Virus record (IMG/VR): IMGVR_UViG_3300031992_002338
Direction: 5' to 3' (one strand)
DNA length: 64,000 nt
From: a virus
Lineage: Duplodnaviria > Caudoviricetes
Under the pieces are notes generated by a model that saw only the letters and a list, made by a program, of their open reading frames with translations, made no database searches and was not told where the DNA came from. The translations under genes were made by a program, and so were the position numbers. Below, in pieces: positions 20,948 to 31,399 of the stretch (position 1 is its first letter; each line of letters opens with the position of its first letter).

Positions 20948-23900
20948 TTAGATGTTTATGTCATAAGTTATAATTTCAGATGCAGAATTCTCATAAATAA
21001 GATTGTCATAATTTGCAGCACCATCAGCCTCAGTCAATGTAAGTATATATGTGTAATTCGGATTGCCTAATTCACTTTCACCACTTGGCCACTTTCTAAC
21101 ACATGGCGGGATACCACGATTTGGTTTCCATTTCATCATACATGTTGAATCCCATCGATTACAATTACTTGGCTCTTGGCTATTGGTATGAGAGTAATAT
21201 GGTTCAGAACCTTCGTCCCACGGAAGGTCTCCTTTACAACAATATGGGCACTCTATAGGATTCCCTTCTTTGGTTACACAACCTAATTGGGTTAATACCC
21301 AGATATTTTGAGCTAAATCATTATGCAAACGCAACCAATTGTCATAAGTGTCTGTATTTGGGTTATAATGCCCTACTAATACCTCATCTAACACACAATC
21401 ATAACCGCCTATTGATATTTCAGTAACAACTATACTCAAATCATTACGACATATATGAGACCTAAACCCTATCTTTTGAGTTGATACCTCTACCTTTTGA
21501 GTAATATAATTACCATTGGCATCAATAACCCTCAAAGTATACTCACTGTTATCTATGACGCTGTAAATAGTAACCTCATTGCTATTAATTTTAACTCTGT
21601 CTGGATAATCATTAGCCATTTGCCTTATATATCCAGGTATTTCTTCGTGTTTGTTCTCAAAATCATATGTAATTGTATATGATGTATATGTCTTAACATC
21701 TCTATATTCAAGACAATTGGACATATCACGCCCAATTACAATTTCGTCACTCATGCAATCCTCATCCTTCAATATTAGCTCATTCTTCGTGTTAAGCAGT
21801 TCAAATGAATATGGTTTATTAATTGAGTCAATTGTTACATGAATAAATGCATTACGCATACACAAATCCCTATATGTATTGGGACAATAAGGAACTCCTT
21901 GCGTATTCACATTCAAAGTGAATGTATCAACATCCTTAGTACTACACTCAGAATAGAAGCCTTCATTGAATTTGTCAATTGCAGTCTTACCTGGAGTTAA
22001 ACCAAAATAGAAGTAGAATGAATTGTTGTAATATGGCATTCTAAAACGTTCATTAACATCTGGTACACCTGGCGTATAATAGAAGTGTCTCACCTTCTGT
22101 TCATAATTTTGCGCAGCATTTTGATTTATTTCAGCACCTAACCTATAGGTAATATAATGTCCATCTGTCTCATCCCATGTGGCTTGGTCATATTCCAAAT
22201 CAGCATTTCTAGCATATGCTTGCATTGATAAATCTAATCTACCATCAAAATCAACTAGATACATGGGCTTATACTTTGGTATCAGATACCCAGTTAATCT
22301 GTCTTCTACTTGAGTATCCCCCAAATTTACGTCATAACGTCTGTTTATATCATTTATAGCTTCTTGTGGTATAAATCCAATATGATTCATCGTAGCAAAC
22401 ATAGAACGATTATACGTGTCATCAAGCTCATATTTATTTATAAACCCATCAGCTTCAATCCAATCCATATTGTGACCATATAGATTATTCGCTCTAAACA
22501 TATTAGGATACTGCCCATTATTATTTCTATGCGAATAGGCCATCCTATGCGCTGTATCTAAACTCGTATCTAATTCGCTAAGCCTTTCAACATTGAAACA
22601 AGATTTTAATCTCGTATGAATGTACATACAAGCCAAGTCCATAAACAATCCACTTTTAAATCTTGGTATTTTGTTTCCTCCATCATGACCCCAATCCATG
22701 CCAGTTGTAAAGATTGTTCCATCTTCAGAATCTGTTTCATTTCCTTCATCATTATCGCCATCTTCTTCGCCATAATTATTCATTCCTAATGACCCTACTG
22801 GAGGCACATTTGCTGTTGTCTGTGGCAATGCAGTGAAAAACTGAGGGAGACCCCATAAATTCTCTCTATTTAAATTACCTAATAATATTATATCTGTTGC
22901 GTATAGTATTTGGGCAAAAAAACCCATATTGCTATCTCTGACTAACAAATCTGTATTTGTATTCCATTGGTTTGGTTGAATTGCCGAATAATAATATACA
23001 TTCAACCCATCCATGTTCTCTACTTGTTTTATCAACCCATGACGGAAATATGTTTTTCTCGACCTAATTCTGCTTCGATGCCACCTTTCTTCGTTTAAGA
23101 CATTATTGTCTGCCCAATCGTCTGTATCACCTCCAACTCCTAAATTATTATTAGCATATCTATAATTGCAAGAAAAATATGTTTTGAGCCGTGTATATGG
23201 TTTGTTATTGTCACAATCACAAAAATCGTTCTTAGCTTTAATTTTTATGAGACCGAATAAAAAACTTCTTTTTTTACGTTTTCTCCAATACCATAAAGGC
23301 ATATACAAAGCTCCGTTTAGCCAATCTTCATAGAAATCTAATGATATAACTTTAAACGTCTCGGCTAAATCTCTCTGTATTATATCAAGTGATTGTTCAT
23401 AAGCTTCATCACCAATAATAACATCATCTCCATCTGGTCTAACATCATCACAATCTGGGCTTATATGCGTACCAAATACGTCTTCGCAACAACAAGGAGC
23501 AAAATATCTGCCATCCAATTCAAAACTAACACAGTTTGGGCATACATCCCCAAAATCAAAAATAAAAAATGTTAAAGAATCAACAATGGCATTTAATATA
23601 ATACATAGCATGCCAATAACATCTCTATTAAGTCTACATATAATATCAAGTAGAATTGTAAATATCAGACATATTATCATATATGGCATGGTAACATCGA
23701 ATCTGAACTTATTGAATGGTATTGCATTTTTATCTCCAGCATAATTAGCACCTTTTAACGCAGAATATTTTGGTGATACTGGTCTTCTAGCGGTTTGGAC
23801 TTTTGGTATATGGTTTTTCACACTATAGACATTATTCCAATACAAATCCCTAAAGCAATGATTTGGTGTTCTTGAACCAAACTGATACATATCTTCAACT

Positions 23901-25078
23901 TCTGGACCAGCTAGAAGACTGTTAACTGTTTGAATGTTTGGATTTAATATTGGATTCATAGGGACAAGGTATTTTGCTGTATGTCTTGAAAATCCCTCAT
24001 CTCCAGTTTCTTCTTTACTTATTCTGAATCTTACTTGTGCCCTAGTTGCAATTCCTCTATTTGGGTTATCTATTGGAACGATATTTCCAAATTCATCAGT
24101 ACCTATATAATCTAGATTCATTGGTATTTGGTAGCACCACACTCCATCATTATCGATAAGATAGTTTGATTTAATTGGGAATTCTTCTATAAGGCCGTCA
24201 GTAGTTCTCCTAATCATTTCAATAGTGCCATTGCTTGCAACCAACTGGTCATTCATACCATTATTTCTATTAACAGCGCAATTATTGTCGATTGAGTTTT
24301 CTCCATTATCTGATACTATTGCACCCATAAAAATACAAGTTGTCTCGAACTGATATTCTATTTGAATATCAGAACGAGTTATGCAAGCTATTCCATTATT
24401 GGAATCTCCCCAGAATGGGTAGACATATACGCTTCTGTTTTGTGTTATTATTTGTTTTAGATAATCAAGATTGGTACTTTCCTTGAATTGTGTTGTACTG
24501 TCGAAGTCTGAGAGGTTATATCCCTTATACAGAAAATCATATGGTTTTTGCGACAATATCCCTATATCTGACAAGTCGATATCTACATGTACGGTTGTGC
24601 TACCAGTAGGTACACCGAATAGCATATAGTCGCCTGCATTATTTGTTACAGTTGTATATTTCCAATACTTGTCATATATTTCTAGTTGTATATTTTCATC
24701 CAAAAGCAGTCTTTTATTAGGGAATGTTCCAACGACTCTATAACACGTATCATCACTATAATCTGGCAATATGTTATATCTTCTAGCGTTCTTGTCTTTG
24801 GCGGTAACATCTGTATAAGGGTAAATGTTTTCGATTTCTCTAGAATCATTTGTATCTCTCTCGATAAAGACTGAAATTTTGGCATTTGGGATACCAAATG
24901 CATCATTAGCCAAAACTCTTCCAATTATTACACCGTAATTGGAAGAGTGAAATCTATATGTATCTTTTTTCGCCAATTTAAGCGATAATATCTCCAAAAA
25001 ATCGAAATCTTGTTGTAGATTTACATTTAGGAGGGTATCACTTATTACATTGGTGTTAATTCTATAGCCTTTATTCAT
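20948..25078 (-). CDS. Large virion structural protein (1376 aa) with internal hydrophobic, Cys-rich segment
   Basis: N-terminal GRVLAN...IPNAKISVF beta-sandwich; hydrophobic stretch YMIICLIFTILLDIIC...; CPNC and CCC. Confidence 0.6.
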   Translation of the reverse strand: MNKGYRINTNVISDTLLNVNLQQDFDFLEILSLKLAKKDTYRFHSSNYGVIIGRVLANDAFGIPNAKISVFIERDTNDSREIENIYPYTDVTAKDKNARRYNILPDYSDDTCYRVVGTFPNKRLLLDENIQLEIYDKYWKYTTVTNNAGDYMLFGVPTGSTTVHVDIDLSDIGILSQKPYDFLYKGYNLSDFDSTTQFKESTNLDYLKQIITQNRSVYVYPFWGDSNNGIACITRSDIQIEYQFETTCIFMGAIVSDNGENSIDNNCAVNRNNGMNDQLVASNGTIEMIRRTTDGLIEEFPIKSNYLIDNDGVWCYQIPMNLDYIGTDEFGNIVPIDNPNRGIATRAQVRFRISKEETGDEGFSRHTAKYLVPMNPILNPNIQTVNSLLAGPEVEDMYQFGSRTPNHCFRDLYWNNVYSVKNHIPKVQTARRPVSPKYSALKGANYAGDKNAIPFNKFRFDVTMPYMIICLIFTILLDIICRLNRDVIGMLCIILNAIVDSLTFFIFDFGDVCPNCVSFELDGRYFAPCCCEDVFGTHISPDCDDVRPDGDDVIIGDEAYEQSLDIIQRDLAETFKVISLDFYEDWLNGALYMPLWYWRKRKKRSFLFGLIKIKAKNDFCDCDNNKPYTRLKTYFSCNYRYANNNLGVGGDTDDWADNNVLNEERWHRSRIRSRKTYFRHGLIKQVENMDGLNVYYYSAIQPNQWNTNTDLLVRDSNMGFFAQILYATDIILLGNLNRENLWGLPQFFTALPQTTANVPPVGSLGMNNYGEEDGDNDEGNETDSEDGTIFTTGMDWGHDGGNKIPRFKSGLFMDLACMYIHTRLKSCFNVERLSELDTSLDTAHRMAYSHRNNNGQYPNMFRANNLYGHNMDWIEADGFINKYELDDTYNRSMFATMNHIGFIPQEAINDINRRYDVNLGDTQVEDRLTGYLIPKYKPMYLVDFDGRLDLSMQAYARNADLEYDQATWDETDGHYITYRLGAEINQNAAQNYEQKVRHFYYTPGVPDVNERFRMPYYNNSFYFYFGLTPGKTAIDKFNEGFYSECSTKDVDTFTLNVNTQGVPYCPNTYRDLCMRNAFIHVTIDSINKPYSFELLNTKNELILKDEDCMSDEIVIGRDMSNCLEYRDVKTYTSYTITYDFENKHEEIPGYIRQMANDYPDRVKINSNEVTIYSVIDNSEYTLRVIDANGNYITQKVEVSTQKIGFRSHICRNDLSIVVTEISIGGYDCVLDEVLVGHYNPNTDTYDNWLRLHNDLAQNIWVLTQLGCVTKEGNPIECPYCCKGDLPWDEGSEPYYSHTNSQEPSNCNRWDSTCMMKWKPNRGIPPCVRKWPSGESELGNPNYTYILTLTEADGAANYDNLIYENSASEIITYDINI

Positions 25079-25296
25079 TATTCAAAATATTTCAATAATT
25101 TTTTAGGTACTACTATAGTGCTATCTCTTACGAAAACCTTATATATCAGATATAGTGTGGCTATTGGCATTATGAGCAATATTGCCAATATAGCGATAGG
25201 AGTTGTTATTATCCTAGATATTAGTTTTTGTTTTTTTAGACCTATTTTGCCTTCTTTTTCTGCTTTATCTAACATTCTTTTACAAGCGCATCCCAT
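25078..25296 (-). CDS. Small membrane protein
   Basis: 72 aa; basic N-terminus and one long hydrophobic helix (IITTPIAILAILLIMPIATLYLIY). Confidence 0.65.
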   Translation of the reverse strand: MGCACKRMLDKAEKEGKIGLKKQKLISRIITTPIAILAILLIMPIATLYLIYKVFVRDSTIVVPKKLLKYFE

Positions 25297-25313
25297 AACA
25301 ATATAATTTATTT

Positions 25314-27326
25314 TTATCTTAATTTACATTTAATTCGAATATCAGAATCAGGAGATTTTATTTCATACATTGAATTATAATCTCCGTAAAGAACCTTATC
25401 AACTGCCATTATATCAATCTGTTCAGATTCAGACCCTCCATCTACATTAAATGGTTCTGCCATTATTGTATTACAAGAGTTATTTTCTAATAACGCTGGT
25501 AATGGGCATTTATCTGGTGAATATCTTCCATTCCAAATTTTATAAACCCTTAAGTCAATTAGGCTCACAACGCCATCAATGAGAGTGATTTCCTTTTCCA
25601 AATCGCCTAAAAATATATCATCACCCATTTCGTGTTTATTTATGTCGAAGTAATCTTTAACTGAATTAATGATATTGGTTATCACATTTGCTGGGTTGTA
25701 ATTTTTATCTATGAAGACATCTATTCCAAGTCCTATATTATATATCCTACCGCTTTTTATTTCGATATAATCATTAATTTGTTTAAAGTTTGACATGTAT
25801 TCTAATACGTTCTCAACTAACGTTTGTGGCAGTGCAGAATCAAGTTTTCCCAATGCATTCACACCCAAAAAGTCCATTTCAATTTTATTATTAGTTTCTA
25901 TAACAGTATTTCTGAATGGAGCACCATATTTCGGAGGCATTTGCATAAGTTTGATTCTATAGTCTTTTATTGTGACTGCACGGTTCTGTGAGCTAGTGTT
26001 ATACTTCATCAGCATTTTAATTTCTTCTGTTGATGGTTCATCTTTACCAGCGACTGCTGTTGATATATTTGTAACTGTCATTGATGTTAAAACCTTTCCT
26101 CTTATACTGCCATCAGTATTGTTAACATTGCCACCCCAATCAACATTTGCAAGTGTTATTTTATTTATAGAACCAGGTCCTAAATTCGTTGAGACACCAC
26201 CACCAATTCTATATAAAACATACATTGTCCATCCTTCTTTTGGCAATATTCCAAGCATGTTATTGTTTATTTGAATTGATGCTGCATAATCTGCATATGT
26301 TGTTTGAGGCCCAGGAATTTCATCATATCCGTTACCAGCCCCAAAAATAATCTTCATATACCCGTTATCAGTAAATTCTGTTATAAATTTTTGTGTCAAT
26401 GGTTTCCACTTTCCTCTATAATATCTAGTTGTTCTAGATATAGTATTACCATTTTCATCTAACGCCATTTCATTATAATCATCATACAAATGTGGGTCAT
26501 ACATATCATTGATAATGTAGTCATCAATATTTGTTTGAGTAGCAAAACGATATTGTTCAGCCAATGAATCACATTCAAAAAAACGATATGTCATAACAGA
26601 TTGCTTTGATATTCTATATTGTTCTTCATCTATATAATATTCATAAATTTCTGGATTAGTATTAAAATTTGTGGTTTCTTTAAATATAATTGACTCTATA
26701 TTTAATACATCATTTTCTGGAAGCACAACTTCCATAAATGGCTTTATATCATTAGCATATAGAACTTTTTTGTAAATCTTTGTCACACCGTTTATAGCAA
26801 TACTAGATTTTGAAACTGTATATCCAGTGATATTCCCATTTCCATCCCTAGCTGGCATCATCTTTCTATTAGAAAACCCATCTTTGTTAAATTGTTCAGC
26901 AAAATTAATATCCTCAGTTAACTGAAAATTATAATTTCCAGCTGAAACAATACTAGTACTCTGTAATATTGGGGCATAATTCCAATCTGGAAGATGTATA
27001 TTAGTAGAATCAGTTGGCAATACACAACTTACCTCTATCTCACAAATAGATGCCTTTCTTCCAGGTATCTTTAAACCATTAGCCCTAGCTTGATTCAAAA
27101 CACTGCTTCTTAGGTTTGCACTGTCAATGTTGGTTTCTTGATACATACGGTCAGTATGATAGCTTAAATCATCACCAACAGCTGATACTAGGTCAATAAA
27201 CCATGCACCAACGCTTGAATCGTTGAAGCTGTCAGCCAATTCTGGATAATACATATTAGAGAACTTTATAAGCTCTTCCTTAATATCTTCGAATGACCTT
27301 GAAATATAATTAATCTTTTTTTCCAT
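25314..27326 (-). CDS. Baseplate wedge subunit (T4 gp6-like)
   Basis: INYISRSFEDIKEEL...FNDSSVG; IIFGAG; YRIGGG; QNRAVTIKDY; directly follows the gp25-like gene. Confidence 0.88.
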   Translation of the reverse strand: MEKKINYISRSFEDIKEELIKFSNMYYPELADSFNDSSVGAWFIDLVSAVGDDLSYHTDRMYQETNIDSANLRSSVLNQARANGLKIPGRKASICEIEVSCVLPTDSTNIHLPDWNYAPILQSTSIVSAGNYNFQLTEDINFAEQFNKDGFSNRKMMPARDGNGNITGYTVSKSSIAINGVTKIYKKVLYANDIKPFMEVVLPENDVLNIESIIFKETTNFNTNPEIYEYYIDEEQYRISKQSVMTYRFFECDSLAEQYRFATQTNIDDYIINDMYDPHLYDDYNEMALDENGNTISRTTRYYRGKWKPLTQKFITEFTDNGYMKIIFGAGNGYDEIPGPQTTYADYAASIQINNNMLGILPKEGWTMYVLYRIGGGVSTNLGPGSINKITLANVDWGGNVNNTDGSIRGKVLTSMTVTNISTAVAGKDEPSTEEIKMLMKYNTSSQNRAVTIKDYRIKLMQMPPKYGAPFRNTVIETNNKIEMDFLGVNALGKLDSALPQTLVENVLEYMSNFKQINDYIEIKSGRIYNIGLGIDVFIDKNYNPANVITNIINSVKDYFDINKHEMGDDIFLGDLEKEITLIDGVVSLIDLRVYKIWNGRYSPDKCPLPALLENNSCNTIMAEPFNVDGGSESEQIDIMAVDKVLYGDYNSMYEIKSPDSDIRIKCKLR

Positions 27327-27346
27327 ATGTTAATTTTTTACCCATT

Positions 27347-27736
27347 TTATACTTGTATTACTACGCTATCGTTAGTTACTTTATTCCCTTCAGAAACACT
27401 ATAATCTAGCCTAACATATATTTCTGTTTCATTTTCTTCATTTTTAACGATTTGTATATTATTAATTATAATGTTTGTTGCCCATCTCTTAACAGAGTCT
27501 GAAACCTCATTTTTAACTGATTCCCAAGTTGTTGAATCATTTGGTTCAAATATAAACTTAATTAAATCAGTTCCAAATTCTGGATTCCTAATTCTCTGTC
27601 CTTTAGGTGTGAACACAATATGCATCAACTGACTCCTAACCTTTTCTTTTAAAGACTCATTTGTGTCAACATAGAATTTCTGAAATTTTTCAGAAGTAAA
27701 CGGATATTTTATACCAAAATATTGTCTTTTTGCCAT
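27347..27736 (-). CDS. Baseplate wedge/sheath-initiator (T4 gp25-like)
   Basis: FTPKGQRIRNPEFGTDL...FIFEP GPW/gp25 signature. Confidence 0.92.
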   Translation of the reverse strand: MAKRQYFGIKYPFTSEKFQKFYVDTNESLKEKVRSQLMHIVFTPKGQRIRNPEFGTDLIKFIFEPNDSTTWESVKNEVSDSVKRWATNIIINNIQIVKNEENETEIYVRLDYSVSEGNKVTNDSVVIQV

Positions 27737-27753
27737 ATCAAAATTATTTCTCT

Positions 27754-27760
27754 ATAAGTA
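27754..27760 (-). promoter_or_regulatory. Candidate late promoter, variant TACTTAT
   Basis: 18 nt upstream of the first gene of the baseplate operon. Confidence 0.4.
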
Positions 27761-27795
27761 TTACAAAATATAAAATTTTTGTGGATAATATAAAC

Positions 27796-27827
27796 AAAAA
27801 AAAGCGAGAGTCACATAACTCTCGCTT
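27796..27827 (-). terminator. Intrinsic terminator
   Basis: 10-bp stem AAGCGAGAGT/ACTCTCGCTT, 6-nt loop, T-run on the minus strand. Confidence 0.85.
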
Positions 27828-27851
27828 AATTTACAAAATATAACCTACTAT

Positions 27852-28130
27852 TTAACACCTACCGTTGCTACTGCCGCAGCCACCACCTCCACCGCCACAT
27901 CTATCATTGTAGCTGTAAGATGATGAAGAGCCGCATCCACCTTCACTTGAAGAGCCACATGAAGAACAACCCAAATTGTTCTCTTGCCACAAGTATTGCA
28001 TCTTGTTTAGGTTATTCTTCCTAGCAATCTCCCTAACGATGGAATCAGTTAACGAATCAACCATTCCTTGAACTTTAGTCTTAACTATATCGGATAGTTC
28101 CTTTTCGGATAAAATAAACAATTTCTTCAT
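27852..28130 (-). CDS. 92-aa peptide with helical N-terminal region and Cys/Gly/Ser-rich C-terminal tail (candidate RiPP precursor)
   Basis: Tail CSSCGSSSEGGCGSSSSYSYNDRCGGGGGGCGSSNGRC (6 Cys in 38 aa); own promoter and terminator. Confidence 0.75.
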   Translation of the reverse strand: MKKLFILSEKELSDIVKTKVQGMVDSLTDSIVREIARKNNLNKMQYLWQENNLGCSSCGSSSEGGCGSSSSYSYNDRCGGGGGGCGSSNGRC

Positions 28131-28147
28131 ATTCTATATACTTTATG

Positions 28148-28179
28148 CAAATATATAAAAAAAATCTGAGAATTCCAAA
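28148..28179 (-). promoter_or_regulatory. Bacteroidota sigma-A-type promoter
   Basis: TTTG-20 nt-TATATTTG. Confidence 0.8.
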
Positions 28180-29043
28180 TTATATCCAATAAGGATGTAA
28201 ACTTCCATCCTCATATATCACACCAAAGCTGTATTTCTTCGCAAATAAGGCTCTTGTAGCTGCCTTAAACGTGTCGGAAAGCGTTGCATGGCGTAACTTA
28301 CACACCAAGAAGCAAACACGCTTCAGAACGAATTTTCCATCAAACGATGGAATCCAAGGTGTAATGTCGAACTCAGTCTTGCACCCATGAGCAAAAGGTG
28401 ACTTCAGCTTTATGCCAAATGCATCCTCGAATGATACATACATATCATCCCTATCAAACAATTCAGCAAGTTTGATGCTCTTAAATCCTAGTTTATTGTA
28501 ATGCTCAATGCAACGGCATATCTCTTCCTTTGTGCAAAGGAAAGGCTTAACCATGTTAATATTTATGGTAATCTTCTCTTTATGAGGTAACTCTGCATAG
28601 AATTTCTGCCTATCATAGAGTGATTTGTGGCCTCTAATCTTATCAGCAACTTCCTCGTCATAGTGCTGGGGAGATATTGAGATACCATCACAAAGGTCTA
28701 TAATTTCAAATAGTTCCTCTCTGTGCTTATATGCAGCATAAGGCAAAGACGTAATGATATACACCTTTAACTCTGTGTTATTTTTAACGAGTTTTACTAG
28801 CTTCAAAAGTTCAGCCATATAAATCATTGGCTCACCACCACTGATACCAACTGACTTAACTTCGTCTTTATGCTCAGAAATTCGCTGAAAAATCGACATA
28901 ACATCTGGTTTAGTACCTACACTATGTAAACCTTTGTTGAGTGCATCCACACAGAATGGACAGTTATTTGGGCATTTCTTCGTGAAATGAACTTGCAACT
29001 CACTTTCTATTTGGTCGCAAATATTGACGTTATACTTTATCAT
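28180..29043 (-). CDS. Radical SAM enzyme
   Basis: CPNNCPFC (CxxxCxxC) and ISGGEP; start placed at ATG 29043 (MIKYNVN), overlapping the pnuC stop. Confidence 0.9.
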   Translation of the reverse strand: MIKYNVNICDQIESELQVHFTKKCPNNCPFCVDALNKGLHSVGTKPDVMSIFQRISEHKDEVKSVGISGGEPMIYMAELLKLVKLVKNNTELKVYIITSLPYAAYKHREELFEIIDLCDGISISPQHYDEEVADKIRGHKSLYDRQKFYAELPHKEKITININMVKPFLCTKEEICRCIEHYNKLGFKSIKLAELFDRDDMYVSFEDAFGIKLKSPFAHGCKTEFDITPWIPSFDGKFVLKRVCFLVCKLRHATLSDTFKAATRALFAKKYSFGVIYEDGSLHPYWI

Positions 29044-29716
29044 CTTTATTCCACATGTAATATCCATAAATACAATTGGCAGTCCAAAATACAAACTGAG
29101 CAACCATACACCAATCACCAGCTATTGCCCACATGATGATACTACCAAGGTCAATTATCAACCAATAGAACCAACTCTCCTTAAACCTCAATATCATAAG
29201 AATTTGAGCCACAAACGCTGGAACTGTAGTTATTGCGTCCATAAATGGCTGAGTGTCATTGGTTATTAGTAAACCATAAAACAATGCAACAGATGCTAAT
29301 GCAGTTGTTACGAGCATCAATACATTTTGTGTTACTGTAAGGTGACGTGTTTTTACCTCTAAGGATTCGTTGTTATAATGGCTATTCCAATGGAACATAC
29401 CATATAGCATAGTAACAAAATAAAATATGTTTTCTACAATCTCTCCGTATAGATTTTGCTGCAAACATAATATCACATATGTAATGAGCTGGGCAAAACC
29501 AAATACATAAAACGAAATCTTCTTTTGGCTGCATAAAACAACTGAGATAACACCAAGCATACCACTAGCAAGTGATAGCTTAGTGCCACCCATTACTAAC
29601 CCCACAAAGCCTTGTGTGAGTAAACCAACAAGCATGAATATCAAACCAAACCTAGTGAGGTTAAAACTATTTCCGCTTTCTAGGGTTATAACATCAGATA
29701 ATCTATTATTCGTCAT
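29030..29716 (-). CDS. pnuC: PnuC-family nicotinamide riboside transporter
   Basis: About 7 hydrophobic helices; QPFMDAITT, VAQIL, ESWFYWLIID, NCIYGY; adjacent to NadR. Confidence 0.9.
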   Translation of the reverse strand: MTNNRLSDVITLESGNSFNLTRFGLIFMLVGLLTQGFVGLVMGGTKLSLASGMLGVISVVLCSQKKISFYVFGFAQLITYVILCLQQNLYGEIVENIFYFVTMLYGMFHWNSHYNNESLEVKTRHLTVTQNVLMLVTTALASVALFYGLLITNDTQPFMDAITTVPAFVAQILMILRFKESWFYWLIIDLGSIIMWAIAGDWCMVAQFVFWTANCIYGYYMWNKDDKV

Positions 29717-30794
29717 ATACCGAATTAATGTAATCTTTAACTCTGTTGAAATTGGCTAAGAAACTTCCATCAAGTATCTCTACCTTATCCCACAAACCAA
29801 ACTGCTTCAAAAGCTCTGTAAGCTTGTTAAAATTGGCAATACGCTCATCAATGGATGCTTGCTTCATGTAGCGGCTACCATCATCAACAAACTTGTTCTT
29901 TGGTGGTAACAAGAAAATCTTATCCCACTTAACACGGCCTTCAAGAGACTTTGCCACTGGCAACACCTTATTCTCATATTCCTCTTTTGTAATGGGAACA
30001 TTAGGGTCATCCACATATGCAAGGGCATACATCAATGTAACAAGGTTATCCGTATCTGAAATGAACACACCATTATCATTATTGAATACCCTCTTACGCA
30101 TGTCTAGGCTCTGTCCTACGAGGAAATCAACAAAATCGTCTGCTGTGAGGTCTGTATCAACCTTACCCTTATTGAGCAAGTCATCACGCCCAAACTCTTC
30201 TGAGTGCTGAATACCGAAATACGTTGAAATATCACGTACCAATGTGGTCTTACCCTCAGAAGCAGTACCAGTGATAAGGATATTATGACAGAGGTTATTG
30301 CGATACTCCCTTACGATGTACTTCCAATACTTGATAGGATTCTGACGAATGTAAGTTCCACTAACTGGCACTACCTTATCAATCAGAGTTATACGTGCAT
30401 TGAGTAAGTTATGCTTCTCAAGCATTTCCTTATAATAAGGCTCTGCAACATACCAAGTAATAGAAACACCATCATGCGAAGGTGTAATCTTGAGTTGACG
30501 CATTACCTCTTTCTGCCATATAATCCAATTATTATCACACATGGATTCGTCAATACCAAGCTGTGTGTCGTTGATTGACAAAACGTTGATAATCTCGTCA
30601 TTGGCAAATATCTTACGAACAATGGCAGTACGCTCTTTAAGAGTCATGTTGATGTTTCCAGCACGTTCCTCATTGTCATAACCACAAACAATAACAAAGC
30701 ACTTGTCATTCTCTTTCTTAGCCCTCATAATTGCGTCAAGGTGTCCTCTGTGCATTGGGCAATATCCACCGAAGCAAATTCCTATTTTAGTCAT
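29706..30794 (-). CDS. nadR: Bifunctional NMN adenylyltransferase / ribosylnicotinamide kinase (NadR without HTH)
   Basis: GGYCPMHRGH (HxGH), VSGTYIR, P-loop GTASEGKTT, EFGR, DTD, FVDDGSR. Confidence 0.9.
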   Translation of the reverse strand: MTKIGICFGGYCPMHRGHLDAIMRAKKENDKCFVIVCGYDNEERAGNINMTLKERTAIVRKIFANDEIINVLSINDTQLGIDESMCDNNWIIWQKEVMRQLKITPSHDGVSITWYVAEPYYKEMLEKHNLLNARITLIDKVVPVSGTYIRQNPIKYWKYIVREYRNNLCHNILITGTASEGKTTLVRDISTYFGIQHSEEFGRDDLLNKGKVDTDLTADDFVDFLVGQSLDMRKRVFNNDNGVFISDTDNLVTLMYALAYVDDPNVPITKEEYENKVLPVAKSLEGRVKWDKIFLLPPKNKFVDDGSRYMKQASIDERIANFNKLTELLKQFGLWDKVEILDGSFLANFNRVKDYINSVYDE

Positions 30795-31374
30795 AATACA
30801 AATCTAAAAAATCATGTAACGTATCTTCCAACTTGTCAACATACAAGTCGTAAATATTAAATAATTCATCAAAAATCTCATGCACCGCATGGTTAACCTC
30901 GTCAACCTCGCACTTGCAGCTTTCGTCAATTCTATCACTACAAGCACACTTCTCACAAGCAAATTCATTACCGTCACCATAATATCCAGTGGCAGCATGA
31001 TTATTTACAAGGTGAGTGAAATAAAGGAAATCCTTATTAGAGAAATCAACCCATCCAGTGAACTCAGCAGTAAGAGGCTGCTTATGATAGTCAATATCTA
31101 AATTGATGTCCTTTCTGATAAAGAACGTCTTTACACGCCCATCCTTATACAATGTCCTATACCACATGCTAAAAGCCGCAAATGAATAGCAAAGACAATG
31201 GCACATATAGAACTTAGACTTATCACTGTCCAATTCATCGTTAAGGTCACGTAGAATGTGTGGAATGAAAGGGCATATAACAATATATTGGTCTGTTTCT
31301 AGGTCAATATACTGCTTTCCGTACTCATACTTTTTCTTGGTCTTTTCCCAAGCATCTTTAAATGTCTTGTACAT
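30787..31374 (-). CDS. Cys-rich hypothetical protein, first gene of the nadR operon
   Basis: 195 aa; CHCLC and CEKCAC...CKC; stop overlaps the nadR start. Confidence 0.7.
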   Translation of the reverse strand: MYKTFKDAWEKTKKKYEYGKQYIDLETDQYIVICPFIPHILRDLNDELDSDKSKFYMCHCLCYSFAAFSMWYRTLYKDGRVKTFFIRKDINLDIDYHKQPLTAEFTGWVDFSNKDFLYFTHLVNNHAATGYYGDGNEFACEKCACSDRIDESCKCEVDEVNHAVHEIFDELFNIYDLYVDKLEDTLHDFLDLYYD

Positions 31375-31399
31375 ATTGATTGATTTTTACTTTCTGCTG

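Noticed and set aside
25078-25296. Holin call
   Set aside because: A single hydrophobic helix, far from the endolysin and inside the baseplate operon, is insufficient; left as a membrane protein.
29044-29118. Extended hydrophobic N-terminus of the radical SAM enzyme in the ORF track
   Set aside because: It is an alternative-frame reading of the pnuC 3' end; ATG 29043 gives normal translational coupling and normal CxxxCxxC placement.
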